Below, piece by piece: positions 38,215-47,847 of a stretch of 50,485 nucleotides of DNA (positions are counted from its first letter, which is position 1; every line of letters starts with the position of its first letter). The translations under genes and the position numbers were made by a program. The stretch lies in NCBI GenBank assembly GCA_964608745.1, contig CAZSPC010000004.1, positions 1 to 50,485 of the forward strand. Reading direction: 5' to 3'. The notes beneath the pieces were generated by a model. The model did not search any database. It was not told the origin of the DNA and saw nothing but the letters and a program-made list of their open reading frames with translations. The DNA is from an uncultured Candidatus Saccharibacteria bacterium (lineage in GTDB: Bacteria > Patescibacteriota > Minisyncoccia > Phycocordibacterales > UBA12079).

Positions 38215-39903
38215 ATGAATTTACCATTGGAAAGTATTTTTCTTATCTTTGCCGGATTCCTTAACTTGGTTTTTGGTATTTTAGTTTTTATAAGAAGTCG
38301 CAGAAACAAAGATGGTGCTTTTTTCTCTCTCCTTATAACAAGTGCGTCTATTTGGGCACTAAGCTTAGCTATATTTGAAGGTACAGAAACAATTAACATT
38401 TACACAAAATGGGCAGGAACAATGCTGTATCTTAGCGCTGCCCTTATCCCTGTGTCTTTTTTATTTTTTGCTTCAGCGCTAAACGAAAAAGACAATAAAA
38501 TAGACCTTAAAAAATCATATATATATATGACAGTTGGTAGTTATGCGGTAGTATCTCTCCTTGCCTTAATTCCAGACCTGATAATTAAAGATGTTATCCA
38601 GACACCAAATAATGGGCGGGTTGTAATTTTTGGATCATTTTATTCACTATATTCTCTTCATATTATAAGCTTTTTTATTTTTGCATTTTTAAAATTATTT
38701 AAAAAATACACAAAAGCAACAACTGAATTAATAAAAATACAAACAAGATATATTCTGATAGGAATTTTTATTACCTCAATAGTAGGAGTAACCACAAACC
38801 TCATCCTACCTGCTTTTGGAAATTTTGATTTCTTTTGGATGGGGCCAATAGCCACAATATCAACAGTAATCCTGACAGGTTTTGCGGTTATCAGATATAA
38901 TCTTTGGGATTTTAAATTAATTGTTACCCAAATTCTTATTCTTTTAATTGTTACTATTTCACTTATCGACTTAATTACAGTTAAAACATTTTCAGAATTT
39001 GCAATCAAACTAATATCTTTTTTGATTATTGCAACTGTAAGTTTCTTATTAATTAACAAAATTATTAAAGAAGCAGACGACAAAGACAGAATTAAACAAC
39101 TTGCCGAAGATTTAAAAAAAGCAAACAAGCGGCTTAAAAAATTGGATAAACAAAAATCGGAATTCGTTTCTATTGCATCTCACCAATTACGAGCTCCGAT
39201 TGCATCTCTAAAAGGATATTCTTCGATGATATTGGAAGGTTCATTTGGGAAAGCGCCAAAACAAATAAACGATGTGGTGGGTAAAATTTTTCAATCAAGT
39301 CAATCACTTGCGATAATCATTGATGACTTCCTCAATTTATCAAGAATAGAACGAGGAAAAATTGAATTTGCTTTTTCTAAAAAAGACATAAAACCTATTA
39401 TAGAAAGTATTGTTTCTGAAGCAAAACCAAGAGCTGGGGATAAGAATCTTTCTATTTCCCTATCAATAACAAAAGCAAAAGACTTTATTGCAAATGTAGA
39501 TGCTGAAAAGATTAGACAGGTTTGTTCAAACATCATCGATAACTCTATAAAATATACACACAAAGGATCGATTAAAGTAGATTTATCAAGAACAGAAAAC
39601 AATATCCTAATTAAAATAACCGACACAGGAATAGGTATACCAAAAGAAGATATAAATGAACTATTCAAAAAGTTTAAGCGTTTAGATAATGCAAACGGAG
39701 AAAGTGTACAAGGAACAGGTCTCGGACTATATCTCGCTAAAGAAATAGTTCAAGCACACAAAGGAGAAATTTGGGTAGAATCAAAAGGAAAAAACAAAGG
39801 TTCAACTTTCTTTGTTCAGATTCCAACAATTAAGGAAGTAACTAAAACGGACAGCAAATCAAAAAATAGAAAGAAAGTAGGAGAATTTGTAGAACAAATC
39901 TAA
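38215..39903 (+). CDS. multi-TM sensor histidine kinase
   Basis: ASHQLRAP H-box; NIIDNSIKY, DTGIGI, GTGLGL; N-terminal TM bundle. Confidence 0.95.
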   Translation: MNLPLESIFLIFAGFLNLVFGILVFIRSRRNKDGAFFSLLITSASIWALSLAIFEGTETINIYTKWAGTMLYLSAALIPVSFLFFASALNEKDNKIDLKKSYIYMTVGSYAVVSLLALIPDLIIKDVIQTPNNGRVVIFGSFYSLYSLHIISFFIFAFLKLFKKYTKATTELIKIQTRYILIGIFITSIVGVTTNLILPAFGNFDFFWMGPIATISTVILTGFAVIRYNLWDFKLIVTQILILLIVTISLIDLITVKTFSEFAIKLISFLIIATVSFLLINKIIKEADDKDRIKQLAEDLKKANKRLKKLDKQKSEFVSIASHQLRAPIASLKGYSSMILEGSFGKAPKQINDVVGKIFQSSQSLAIIIDDFLNLSRIERGKIEFAFSKKDIKPIIESIVSEAKPRAGDKNLSISLSITKAKDFIANVDAEKIRQVCSNIIDNSIKYTHKGSIKVDLSRTENNILIKITDTGIGIPKEDINELFKKFKRLDNANGESVQGTGLGLYLAKEIVQAHKGEIWVESKGKNKGSTFFVQIPTIKEVTKTDSKSKNRKKVGEFVEQI

Positions 39904-39913
39904 ACTAGTTTTT

Positions 39914-40597
39914 ATGCTTCTAGAACTAACCACAATTAGAACTATTTATGCAATCGCTGCAATTGTTATAGCATTGTTGCTATTTAGATCATACAATGAA
40001 AAAAGAGATAATATTATTTTAAAAAATTTTGTAATCTTTTTTTTGTTTTTTGCTTTTTATCGATTCTTTTTAATTCCTCCTGTTATTATAGAAAGTTTAA
40101 AAATTGCATCGGCTAGCTATAATTTAGCTGTTGTAATGTTTTTTGCAATGGTTATATTAGGAATCAAAATTGTATCATCTCTCCTAGAAATAAGTACTAA
40201 AAAAATAAAGCAGATGGAATACCTTGCTTTATTGATTGGTCTTGGTGTAGTTGGCTATCAATTACTTTCCGATGTAACAAATATGGAAATCTTTTCTTCG
40301 GGAATTATTATGTGGAATTCTAATCCGATACCTTTGTATATGACAGGGGTTTCAGGATTTATAGTAGCGTCCATATGGGTTTATACTTTTTTTACTAATT
40401 TTACAAAAACAAAAGAGAAAATACTAAAAATTAAAAGTTCATTAATGATGCTATCAACATTTTTTGTTGGGCTATCATCTATTTTTCACTTTTTACCAAG
40501 TGAAAAAGCAATTGCCCCTGCGTTTATATTTTCACTTCTCGGGATAATCGGAATTTTATCTGCTCTCGTATTTCATTCTAAAAAGAAACAAGTATAA
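39914..40597 (+). CDS. seven-TM hypothetical membrane protein
   Basis: About 7 hydrophobic helices; 10 bp downstream of the kinase. Confidence 0.75.
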   Translation: MLLELTTIRTIYAIAAIVIALLLFRSYNEKRDNIILKNFVIFFLFFAFYRFFLIPPVIIESLKIASASYNLAVVMFFAMVILGIKIVSSLLEISTKKIKQMEYLALLIGLGVVGYQLLSDVTNMEIFSSGIIMWNSNPIPLYMTGVSGFIVASIWVYTFFTNFTKTKEKILKIKSSLMMLSTFFVGLSSIFHFLPSEKAIAPAFIFSLLGIIGILSALVFHSKKKQV

Positions 40598-40644
40598 AAT
40601 TCAGAAGCAAGGCTTCTGAATTTTTGTTTAGAGTTCTCCAATAA

Positions 40645-41703
40645 TTAACCCAACAACGCAATAATAACTCCCAAAACAGCAAAAATTACAGAAATAACCC
40701 AATATCGCATTGTTACTTTATAACTCGGCCAACCAAGAGCTTCAAAATGGTGGTGAATTGGAGCAACCAGGAAAACTTTTTTTCCTCTAAATTTTTTAGA
40801 AAATACTTGAATAATATTCCCCAAAACCGTAACAAAAAGTGGGAAAGCAATAATTGGTAAAATTAAGACATGCCCCGTAAGAAAAGCTACGACAGTTAGT
40901 GCAGTCGTTAAGCCTAAAATAGTTTCGGACATGTAAAACCTAGCAGGGGGAATATTAAACCAAAGAAACGCCAACAAACCACCCACAATCACAAAACAAA
41001 AAGCGGCTAAATCTATTTGGTTTTGAAAAAAAGCAATAAGTCCGTAAGCAGAAAAAATAGTTGATAAAACACCGGCCGACAAACCATCAATACCATCAAT
41101 AACACTCGAAGAAAACAAAGCCAACATAACCAACATAAAGAAAGGAATAAATAAAATACCTAGTTCTAAAACCCCATCAAGTGGTATAGCCACAGAAGAA
41201 ACTCCTAATTTAGAATAGAACCACCAACCGCCTACTAAACCAATCAATAATATAACTCCAATTCTAAGTTTGAGTGGCATACCTCCTGCCATATATTTTC
41301 CTTTATCAAAAATTATCAGTAGATCATCAACCAAACCAAGTAAAGAAGCTGAAATAAAAGTAAATAAAGGTAACCAGGTTTGAGCACGACTCATAAAGTC
41401 TAATTTGGTTGTAAGTTCATTTGGAAATAAAATAGAAAGTAACCAAAAAAACAAAATGGTTATCGAGACAGAAAACAAAATTACCAAACCACCCATTCTT
41501 GGTGTCCCCGTATCCTTTTCTCTGTGCAGTTCGTTAAATATAGGTGTCCCATTATTATCACCGAGTCCACCCGCTTTACCAGACTTTTTCTTCCACATTT
41601 TATATTTATACAAATAATGAGTAATAATTGGAGTAATACCAATGCCAATAAAAAAAGACATCACCCAGGGAACAAATATTTTGATTAGGTTTAATTCAAT
41701 CAT
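40645..41703 (-). CDS. mraY: phospho-N-acetylmuramoyl-pentapeptide transferase
   Basis: TPRMGG, GLVDD, DGIDGL, FLWFNIPPA, APIHHHFE. Confidence 0.96.
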   Translation of the reverse strand: MIELNLIKIFVPWVMSFFIGIGITPIITHYLYKYKMWKKKSGKAGGLGDNNGTPIFNELHREKDTGTPRMGGLVILFSVSITILFFWLLSILFPNELTTKLDFMSRAQTWLPLFTFISASLLGLVDDLLIIFDKGKYMAGGMPLKLRIGVILLIGLVGGWWFYSKLGVSSVAIPLDGVLELGILFIPFFMLVMLALFSSSVIDGIDGLSAGVLSTIFSAYGLIAFFQNQIDLAAFCFVIVGGLLAFLWFNIPPARFYMSETILGLTTALTVVAFLTGHVLILPIIAFPLFVTVLGNIIQVFSKKFRGKKVFLVAPIHHHFEALGWPSYKVTMRYWVISVIFAVLGVIIALLG

Positions 41704-41897
41704 AAAATTAATAGTAAGTAATAAGCGACGAAAAAGCTTCGCTCTTTCGTCTTAGAACATGAATATAAGTATAAACAACCAAAACAAAACAAAAAAGGCT
41801 TGACAAATGATGATGATGATAGGCTAGACGTTAGGTTAGGTTAGGTTAGATAAATTGGTGAAATTATGTTCCTCAAAAATAGAATAAGGAGAAAAAA

Positions 41898-42053
41898 ATG
41901 AGCAAAGGACCTTTAACAATAGGATTACTTATAATGTCGGGGCTGGCCACCGCAAATGTATATTTTGGGATTGCAGAAGCAGACCCAGGAAATTTTGCAG
42001 CCGCAACATTTTCAGGCCTGATAGCAATTGGGCTTCCAATAATTTATCGCTAA
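41898..42053 (+). CDS. small two-TM peptide (51 aa)
   Basis: Not in ORF track; AAGGAG RBS; MSKGPLTIGLLIMSGLATANVYFGIAEADPGNFAAATFSGLIAIGLPIIYR; terminator follows. Confidence 0.65.
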   Translation: MSKGPLTIGLLIMSGLATANVYFGIAEADPGNFAAATFSGLIAIGLPIIYR

Positions 42054-42064
42054 GATACTCACGC

Positions 42065-42098
42065 AACAGCCACGAAATATATTTCGTGGCTGTTTTTT
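42065..42098 (+). terminator. intrinsic terminator
   Basis: AACAGCCACGAAAT-AT-ATTTCGTGGCTGTT followed by T tract. Confidence 0.8.
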
Positions 42099-42205
42099 TA
42101 ATTCAAACCAGTCATTCTCTTAAATTAGTTAAATTACATTAAGGGGACGATAGGTTTCTTAATGTAATAAAATACTTTTACTGTTTTCTAAATGATATAA
42201 TGCAA

Positions 42206-42363
42206 GTATCATACTTGTATCATACAAGTATGATACCCAACCAACTACGGCAACCATAATTAAATTAAATTAAATTAAATTAAATTAAAAAAACGAAAAA
42301 AATATCGATCGATATTTTTTTCGTTTTTTTAAAATAAAATACCTAGGTTCGACCTAGGTATTT
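42206..42363. repeat. stack of palindromes and a pentamer microsatellite
   Basis: 42206-42236 inverted repeat; (AATTA)n; 42287-42330 perfect 44 bp palindrome; 42337-42363 inverted repeat. Confidence 0.9.
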
Positions 42364-43282
42364 AATTTCCTATTTCGTTAATCGTAGCATTCGCTAATTT
42401 TCTTACATCAATAAACCTTCCCTCTTTACTTGATCCTAAAACAGCAATTATGACCTTGTGTCCTATTCCCACATCAATTGCTACCACTAAATTTCCCCCA
42501 GCTAAATCAGTAAAACCAGTTTTTGAACCAATTACCCCAGGAATGATATTTACATCCTGATTTGTATTTTCAACATCATAGATAAAACTTTTAGAATTCA
42601 AAGTTAAACGATGATATTTTGTTGCCTCTAAAATCTCTGGTTTATTTTCCAAAATACCCTCCATCAATACCACAACATCTTTGGCCGAACCATAAGCTCC
42701 CCCTAACTTTTCGTTTAAATCCAACCCTGATTCATTTAGAAAAAAAGTTTGCACCAACCCCATTTCTTCTGCTTTTTCGTTCATTTTTTTTACAAAAACT
42801 TTTTCTGTTTCTTCTACCCCCATATCCTGATTTAGAAAACCAACAACAGAAGCCAGGGCGTGTGCCCCATCATTAGAAGAAGTTATGAGAGTTAAATCTA
42901 AAATATCTTTTATATTCCATTTTTCACCCAAAACCAAACCATTTTCTTCCTCTACTTCTAAATCATCTTCATTAATAGAAATAATGGTATTTTCCGGAAC
43001 CATTTCAGAAGCAATATAAGCTGTCATTAGTTTAGTAATTGAAGCCAAAGGTAACTGAACCTCCTCATTTTTTGCAAACAAAATTTTTTCTTCCCTCACA
43101 TCCCAGACATAAGCTGACTTAGCTTCAATAACAATATCCTTAAAAAAGTCTTGTTTTTCTTTTTTTATAACAATTTCACCCGGCTTGTTTTGATCAACAG
43201 CAGTAATTACCACCAAACTAACACAAAACAAAGCAACGATAATGATAGCAATATTCAATATTTTATTTTTATTTATTATCAT
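42362..43282 (-). CDS. D-alanyl-D-alanine carboxypeptidase (peptidase S11)
   Basis: ASITK (SxxK), SSN, KTG; start moved to MIINKNK before the TM helix. Confidence 0.92.
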   Translation of the reverse strand: MIINKNKILNIAIIIVALFCVSLVVITAVDQNKPGEIVIKKEKQDFFKDIVIEAKSAYVWDVREEKILFAKNEEVQLPLASITKLMTAYIASEMVPENTIISINEDDLEVEEENGLVLGEKWNIKDILDLTLITSSNDGAHALASVVGFLNQDMGVEETEKVFVKKMNEKAEEMGLVQTFFLNESGLDLNEKLGGAYGSAKDVVVLMEGILENKPEILEATKYHRLTLNSKSFIYDVENTNQDVNIIPGVIGSKTGFTDLAGGNLVVAIDVGIGHKVIIAVLGSSKEGRFIDVRKLANATINEIGN

Positions 43283-43361
43283 TTTGATACTATAACACCC
43301 TAAATTACAAAACTGATTTCGTAGGAAATTAATTTTGTAATTCAGAGTATAACACAATTTT

Positions 43362-43907
43362 TTATTCTTCATCTACTTCTTCCTTATTTTCGTTCTTCTC
43401 TATTTCGCTTCTTACTTTTTCATATTCTGGTAATTCTGATAATTCAGATATTCCCAAAAAAGAAAGTAGATCGAAGGTCGGTGAATACAGAAAACTCCGT
43501 TTATTTTTTGGATCAGTTTTTCTATCAACAAGACCCCTCACAAGTAAATTTCGTAAAATTGTTGCTGAATTAACACCACGAATATAATCGATTTCAGTTT
43601 TTCTAACAGGCCCTCGATATAGGATAATAGATAGGGTTTCTAAACCTGCTTTTCCTATATCTTTTGATAACTCTTCTTTTCTCAAATTCTCAATAAGAGA
43701 GTGTATTTCAGGTGCAGTCCCGAGCATCACCCTATCAGCATTTCTAATAAGCCGTATTCCACGATCCTCCAAATCCTTTTTTAAAACCGTCAAAGCTTCT
43801 TCTATTAACCCCTCCGTCTCATCCAAAAAAACAGAAAGTTGTTTTATAGAAACAGCCTCTCCTTTGAAAAATAATATTGATTCAATTTTTGAACTTAAAT
43901 TAATCAT
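43362..43907 (-). CDS. scpB: SMC-Scp complex subunit ScpB
   Basis: IESILF, LETLSIILY, IDYIRGVNS. Confidence 0.95.
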   Translation of the reverse strand: MINLSSKIESILFFKGEAVSIKQLSVFLDETEGLIEEALTVLKKDLEDRGIRLIRNADRVMLGTAPEIHSLIENLRKEELSKDIGKAGLETLSIILYRGPVRKTEIDYIRGVNSATILRNLLVRGLVDRKTDPKNKRSFLYSPTFDLLSFLGISELSELPEYEKVRSEIEKNENKEEVDEE

Positions 43908-43941
43908 ACTAAAAACTATAGACTATAAACCAAAAACTTTA

Positions 43942-44670
43942 TTAATAATGTGGCAATCCCACATCCAAACTTTCCATCTCCATATCTCCAAAGTCATGAT
44001 TTTGTCTCACTGCCAACGCACCTTGCTTTACCAATTCTAACATAGCCAAAAAAGAAATCACTACATTTATTTTTTCGTCTTTTCCCTTATTTGAAAAGTC
44101 ATTAAAGCTCATTTTTATAGCCTTCTTCATTCTATCAGCCAAAGAATCCATCATTTCTTCCAAGCTAATCACTTTTTGAACCACCCCTTTTGGAGTAATC
44201 TCTTTTTTGGGCATTTTGGTCAAAACCCCAACAGCCAAAGTGAACATATTTTTTTGAGTAATTTCTTTATCAGGAGAAAAAATAGGCTCTGAATCTTTTA
44301 CAAAAGTTTTTTGAAAAATCATTTCTTTACCGAATCTTTCTTGCACCCCAATACTTAATTTTTTTATTTGCTTATAAATTTTTAATCTTTCCTCTAAATC
44401 TTCAATATTTTGTTCTTCCTCTTGGGACAAATTTAAATTAGGTAAAAGTGAACGCGACTTTATCAGCATCAATGTTGAGGCAATCCAAATAAAATCTGCT
44501 GATAACCGAAGCGACATATCAGGATGATTTTGAATGTATGAGATATAGTCATCGGTAATTTCAGCCAATGAAATATCATTGATAAAAAGTTTTCTTTTCT
44601 CAATTAGGTTTAAAAGTAAATCTAACGGTCCCTCAAAAGCGTTTGTTTTTATACTATATTGTTCAGTCAT
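43942..44670 (-). CDS. scpA: segregation and condensation protein A
   Basis: FEGPLDLLL, IKSRSLLP, FLAMLELVK. Confidence 0.95.
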   Translation of the reverse strand: MTEQYSIKTNAFEGPLDLLLNLIEKRKLFINDISLAEITDDYISYIQNHPDMSLRLSADFIWIASTLMLIKSRSLLPNLNLSQEEEQNIEDLEERLKIYKQIKKLSIGVQERFGKEMIFQKTFVKDSEPIFSPDKEITQKNMFTLAVGVLTKMPKKEITPKGVVQKVISLEEMMDSLADRMKKAIKMSFNDFSNKGKDEKINVVISFLAMLELVKQGALAVRQNHDFGDMEMESLDVGLPHY

Positions 44671-44749
44671 TAGGATTAATTATATCATTTTTGAAAGCAA
44701 AAAAAGAACCTAAAAACAATATATTATTTTTTAGGTTCTCGGTGAAAAA

Positions 44750-45037
44750 TTAATTTTCGATATCAATATGTATTTCTGAGAAAAAACTCTCAAAAAGACA
44801 AGCATGTTGTTTTCCAGTTGGACAGCAACAAAAATAAATCACTCTCCCTATATCTTTTTCTTTCACTCTTGTAATAACAACCGGAACATGTTTCATTTTT
44901 TCTTTTTTAAGAAATTGTTCGATAATTTCTCTTATCGGCTGACTCTCTCTATGACTACCAGTAGTAGCAACCGCTTTCAGAGTTTTTTCACGATCGATTC
45001 TTCCAATACCGATACCTGCAAATTTTTCTTCCGCCAT
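44750..45037 (-). CDS. hypothetical protein
   Basis: GGGAGG RBS before ATG 45037; hairpin at about 44705-44739 downstream. Confidence 0.6.
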   Translation of the reverse strand: MAEEKFAGIGIGRIDREKTLKAVATTGSHRESQPIREIIEQFLKKEKMKHVPVVITRVKEKDIGRVIYFCCCPTGKQHACLFESFFSEIHIDIEN

Positions 45038-45352
45038 TTTTTCCTCCCATAGGAAATGTATAATAAAATAAGCTTTGTCTGTATTATGGACAAAACCAAC
45101 TAACTCCACAAATATTTATACCAAAAAATAAACAAAAAAGCAACCCACACAATGTGAATTGCGTCCATATTTAATATTCTTGCATCAAAACTTGTAGAAC
45201 CACAGGTTTTAAACAAAAAAGGCATTAACAACAGTAACAGTTGTACTACACGCACCAGAAATCAACGCGATTAGGGTTGGTCTATCGTTATACCAAATAT
45301 AATTTTGTGGGTTAGTTTTTCCCATACGCACATTATAACAATAAAACTTAGA

Positions 45353-46150
45353 TTAGTTATTCACAATTAATGTTCCTGCCTTATAACCACCCAAAACCTT
45401 TTTCAATTCGTTTGGTTTTTTGCCATTTATGATACGTGTATTGATGGCTGGAAACTGGGTTTCCAAATCTTTTATTATTTTCAATTTATTTTTCATCCCA
45501 CCTGTTCCGATCCCTGTTTTCCCCTTACAAATTAAATCTATTTTTTCATTGGTTAACTCACTAACAGAAATCTCTTTTATCAAGTTTCCGTTTTCATCTA
45601 ATACACCGTCAGAGCTTGTATTTATGACAAGTTCTGTCTCATTAAACAATTCTAAGCAGAGCTCTGTTATTAATGTAGCAGTTCTATCATTATCTCCAAA
45701 CTCACCCCCTCTAATTTCTTTTAACTCCGCATCACTCACAAAATCATTTTCATTAAATTGAATTATTGCTGAATTCCCGTTTCTGTAAACTTCACTAATC
45801 ACCTTTTTCATATCGCCCCGAACTTGAGCGTTTTGTAACCCTCGATGAGTAACAAGAGCTTGTAAAACTGATTTATCTTTTATTGCTAAATCCCAATTCA
45901 TAGAAAGATGGGGGTTACCCAAACAAGCCAAAGCTCTCTTTCTAACAACCTCATCCCCAATATAATCAAAATTCGCAAGAGAGGAACCAAAACCAACCGC
46001 ACCGGAACTAATCATTAAAATAGGATCTTTGTGGTTATTAATAATTTCACCATGAGCTTTCAGTATCTCCTTATCAATACTACCGTCTTTTGACATCAAA
46101 ACAGCTGTGCCGTATTTTATAATCGTTAATTTTTTATTTATTTTTTGCAT
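45353..46150 (-). CDS. proB: glutamate 5-kinase-like protein without PUA domain
   Basis: IIKYGT, SSGAV, NEND, FGDND, GTGGMKNKL. Confidence 0.82.
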   Translation of the reverse strand: MQKINKKLTIIKYGTAVLMSKDGSIDKEILKAHGEIINNHKDPILMISSGAVGFGSSLANFDYIGDEVVRKRALACLGNPHLSMNWDLAIKDKSVLQALVTHRGLQNAQVRGDMKKVISEVYRNGNSAIIQFNENDFVSDAELKEIRGGEFGDNDRTATLITELCLELFNETELVINTSSDGVLDENGNLIKEISVSELTNEKIDLICKGKTGIGTGGMKNKLKIIKDLETQFPAINTRIINGKKPNELKKVLGGYKAGTLIVNN

Positions 46151-46161
46151 AATTTAAAAAA

Positions 46162-46193
46162 GTATCGATAGGGTATCGATACCCTATCGATAC
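46162..46193. repeat. 32 bp perfect nested palindrome
   Basis: G-TATCGATA-GGG-TATCGATA-CCC-TATCGATA-C. Confidence 0.92.
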
Positions 46194-46223
46194 CTTTTTG
46201 CTTAGTACCAAGTAATTTATTTT

Positions 46224-47468
46224 TTATTTTATTTTCGAAATTAACTTCTCGACAGAAACTATTTCACTATCTTCCGAATTTCTTTTTTTAAATTCCACAC
46301 CCCCCGCTTCAAGAGATTTTGAACTCACTACTACCCGATAAGGAATACCAATTAAATCTGAATCAGCAAATTTTTCTCCCGGGCGAACATCTCTGTCATC
46401 AAATAAAACTTCCACTCCAATTTCTGTTAATTGGTTATAAATTTCTTCTGCTTTTTCATCCTCTCCCAAACTCAATAAATGAACCTTAAATGGTGCAACA
46501 GATTCAGGCCAAATAATTCCATTTTTATCACTATTTAATTCAACAACAGCTCCCATCAATCTTGAAGGGCTCATTCCGTAAGACCCCATGAATACAGGTT
46601 TTTCTTCCCCGTTTTCATCCTTATACCCCAAACCAAAAGCATCAGAATATTTTGTTCCCAAAGTATAAATATCTCCCACCTCAATTGATTTTTCTTTTCT
46701 TAAATCTTCTTCTTTTAAATCGAGACCAAAATCTTTTAAGATTTCCTCATTATAATCATCTGTATTTATTGCGATCTTTTTGTCTTCATCAATTATGTAA
46801 ACAACATCTTCGCCAGCTTCAGAAATAGTTTGGAATTCATATGAATATTTCGAAAAAGAACCTCCCGAAGAAATTGTGATATATGTTTTATCTCCCATTC
46901 CCAAACGGTTAAAGACATTCATATAAACATCTTTCATTTTTTCATAAAATTCGTTGTGTTCTTCTTCGTTTTTTGAAAATGAATACAAATCTTTCATTGA
47001 AAACTCTCGCCCCCGCATAAGACCAGCTTTCGCTCGAGCTTCATTTCTAAACTTTGTTTGAATTTGATAAGCAGAAAAAGGTAAATCCTTATAGGACGAC
47101 ACGAAATCTTTCATTATTTTTGCAATAACCTCCTCGTGAGTAAAAGCAAGTCCTAACTCCGTTTCGTTTTTAAGTTTTGTTTTAAACCAATTATCAACCA
47201 CACTATCATCCCAACGATTTGTTTTTTCCCAGGTCGATTTATCTTGTAAGGCGGTCATAAATAATTCCTGCCCACCGACTTTATTCATTTCGTCCCGGAT
47301 AATGTCAGATATTTTATTTAATACTCTCAAACCCAATGGCAAATAATTGTAAACTCCTGCAATTTCCTTAACCACAAAACCTGCCCGAGTTAACAACTGA
47401 GCATTTTTAGAAACCTCATCTTTTGGCGCCTCTTTTCTTGTTTTTGTGAATAGTTTTGATTGATACAT
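46224..47468 (-). CDS. proS: proline--tRNA ligase (short, no editing domain)
   Basis: LPLGLRV, THEE, QIQTKFRNEAR, RGREFSMKDLYSF, GEKFADSDLIGIP. Confidence 0.97.
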   Translation of the reverse strand: MYQSKLFTKTRKEAPKDEVSKNAQLLTRAGFVVKEIAGVYNYLPLGLRVLNKISDIIRDEMNKVGGQELFMTALQDKSTWEKTNRWDDSVVDNWFKTKLKNETELGLAFTHEEVIAKIMKDFVSSYKDLPFSAYQIQTKFRNEARAKAGLMRGREFSMKDLYSFSKNEEEHNEFYEKMKDVYMNVFNRLGMGDKTYITISSGGSFSKYSYEFQTISEAGEDVVYIIDEDKKIAINTDDYNEEILKDFGLDLKEEDLRKEKSIEVGDIYTLGTKYSDAFGLGYKDENGEEKPVFMGSYGMSPSRLMGAVVELNSDKNGIIWPESVAPFKVHLLSLGEDEKAEEIYNQLTEIGVEVLFDDRDVRPGEKFADSDLIGIPYRVVVSSKSLEAGGVEFKKRNSEDSEIVSVEKLISKIK

Positions 47469-47613
47469 AGATATCAGTATATATTAGAAATAAAAAGGTG
47501 TCTAATATAATTTGATTTTATTTCACCTTTATTATACAATACTTGGCATCGGTTGCTCTCGAGCTTCCGATAGGGGCTAGGCTCGGATCAGCTTGCTGAT
47601 TCCGAGCTCCCAT

Positions 47614-47686
47614 GGGCTCGTAGCTCACCTGGTAGAGCACCTCATTTGCACTGAGGAGGTAGCAGGTTCAAGTCCTGTCGAGTCCA
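47614..47686 (+). tRNA. tRNA-Ala(TGC)
   Basis: GGGCTCG acceptor with G3:U70; CCTCA-TTTGCAC-TGAGG anticodon arm. Confidence 0.96.
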
Positions 47687-47753
47687 CAAAAGTAAAAGGG
47701 GGTAGCGATTAAGCTATCTCTTTTTTGCTTTCTTTTGTTAGACTCGACAGGGC
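47687..47753 (+). repeat. tRNA-Ala 3' hairpin plus antisense copy of the tRNA end (short form)
   Basis: GACTCGACAGG 47741-47751 is the reverse complement of 47674-47684. Confidence 0.75.
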
Positions 47754-47847
47754 CTAAATCAAATGTCTTAAACCTTGTAAAAATCAATATTTTATGATTT
47801 AATTAGGATAGAAAATATTTCCAACAAGATAGCAGAAAGGAGAAAAA

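Noticed and set aside
41831..41849. Telomere-like (TTAGG)n
   Set aside because: Only three to four units at an internal position; treated as a microsatellite.
45209..45325. 38 aa minus-strand ORF behind TGnTATAAT
   Set aside because: Short, no recognisable motif, with competing broken frames; could be a pseudogene fragment but cannot be supported.
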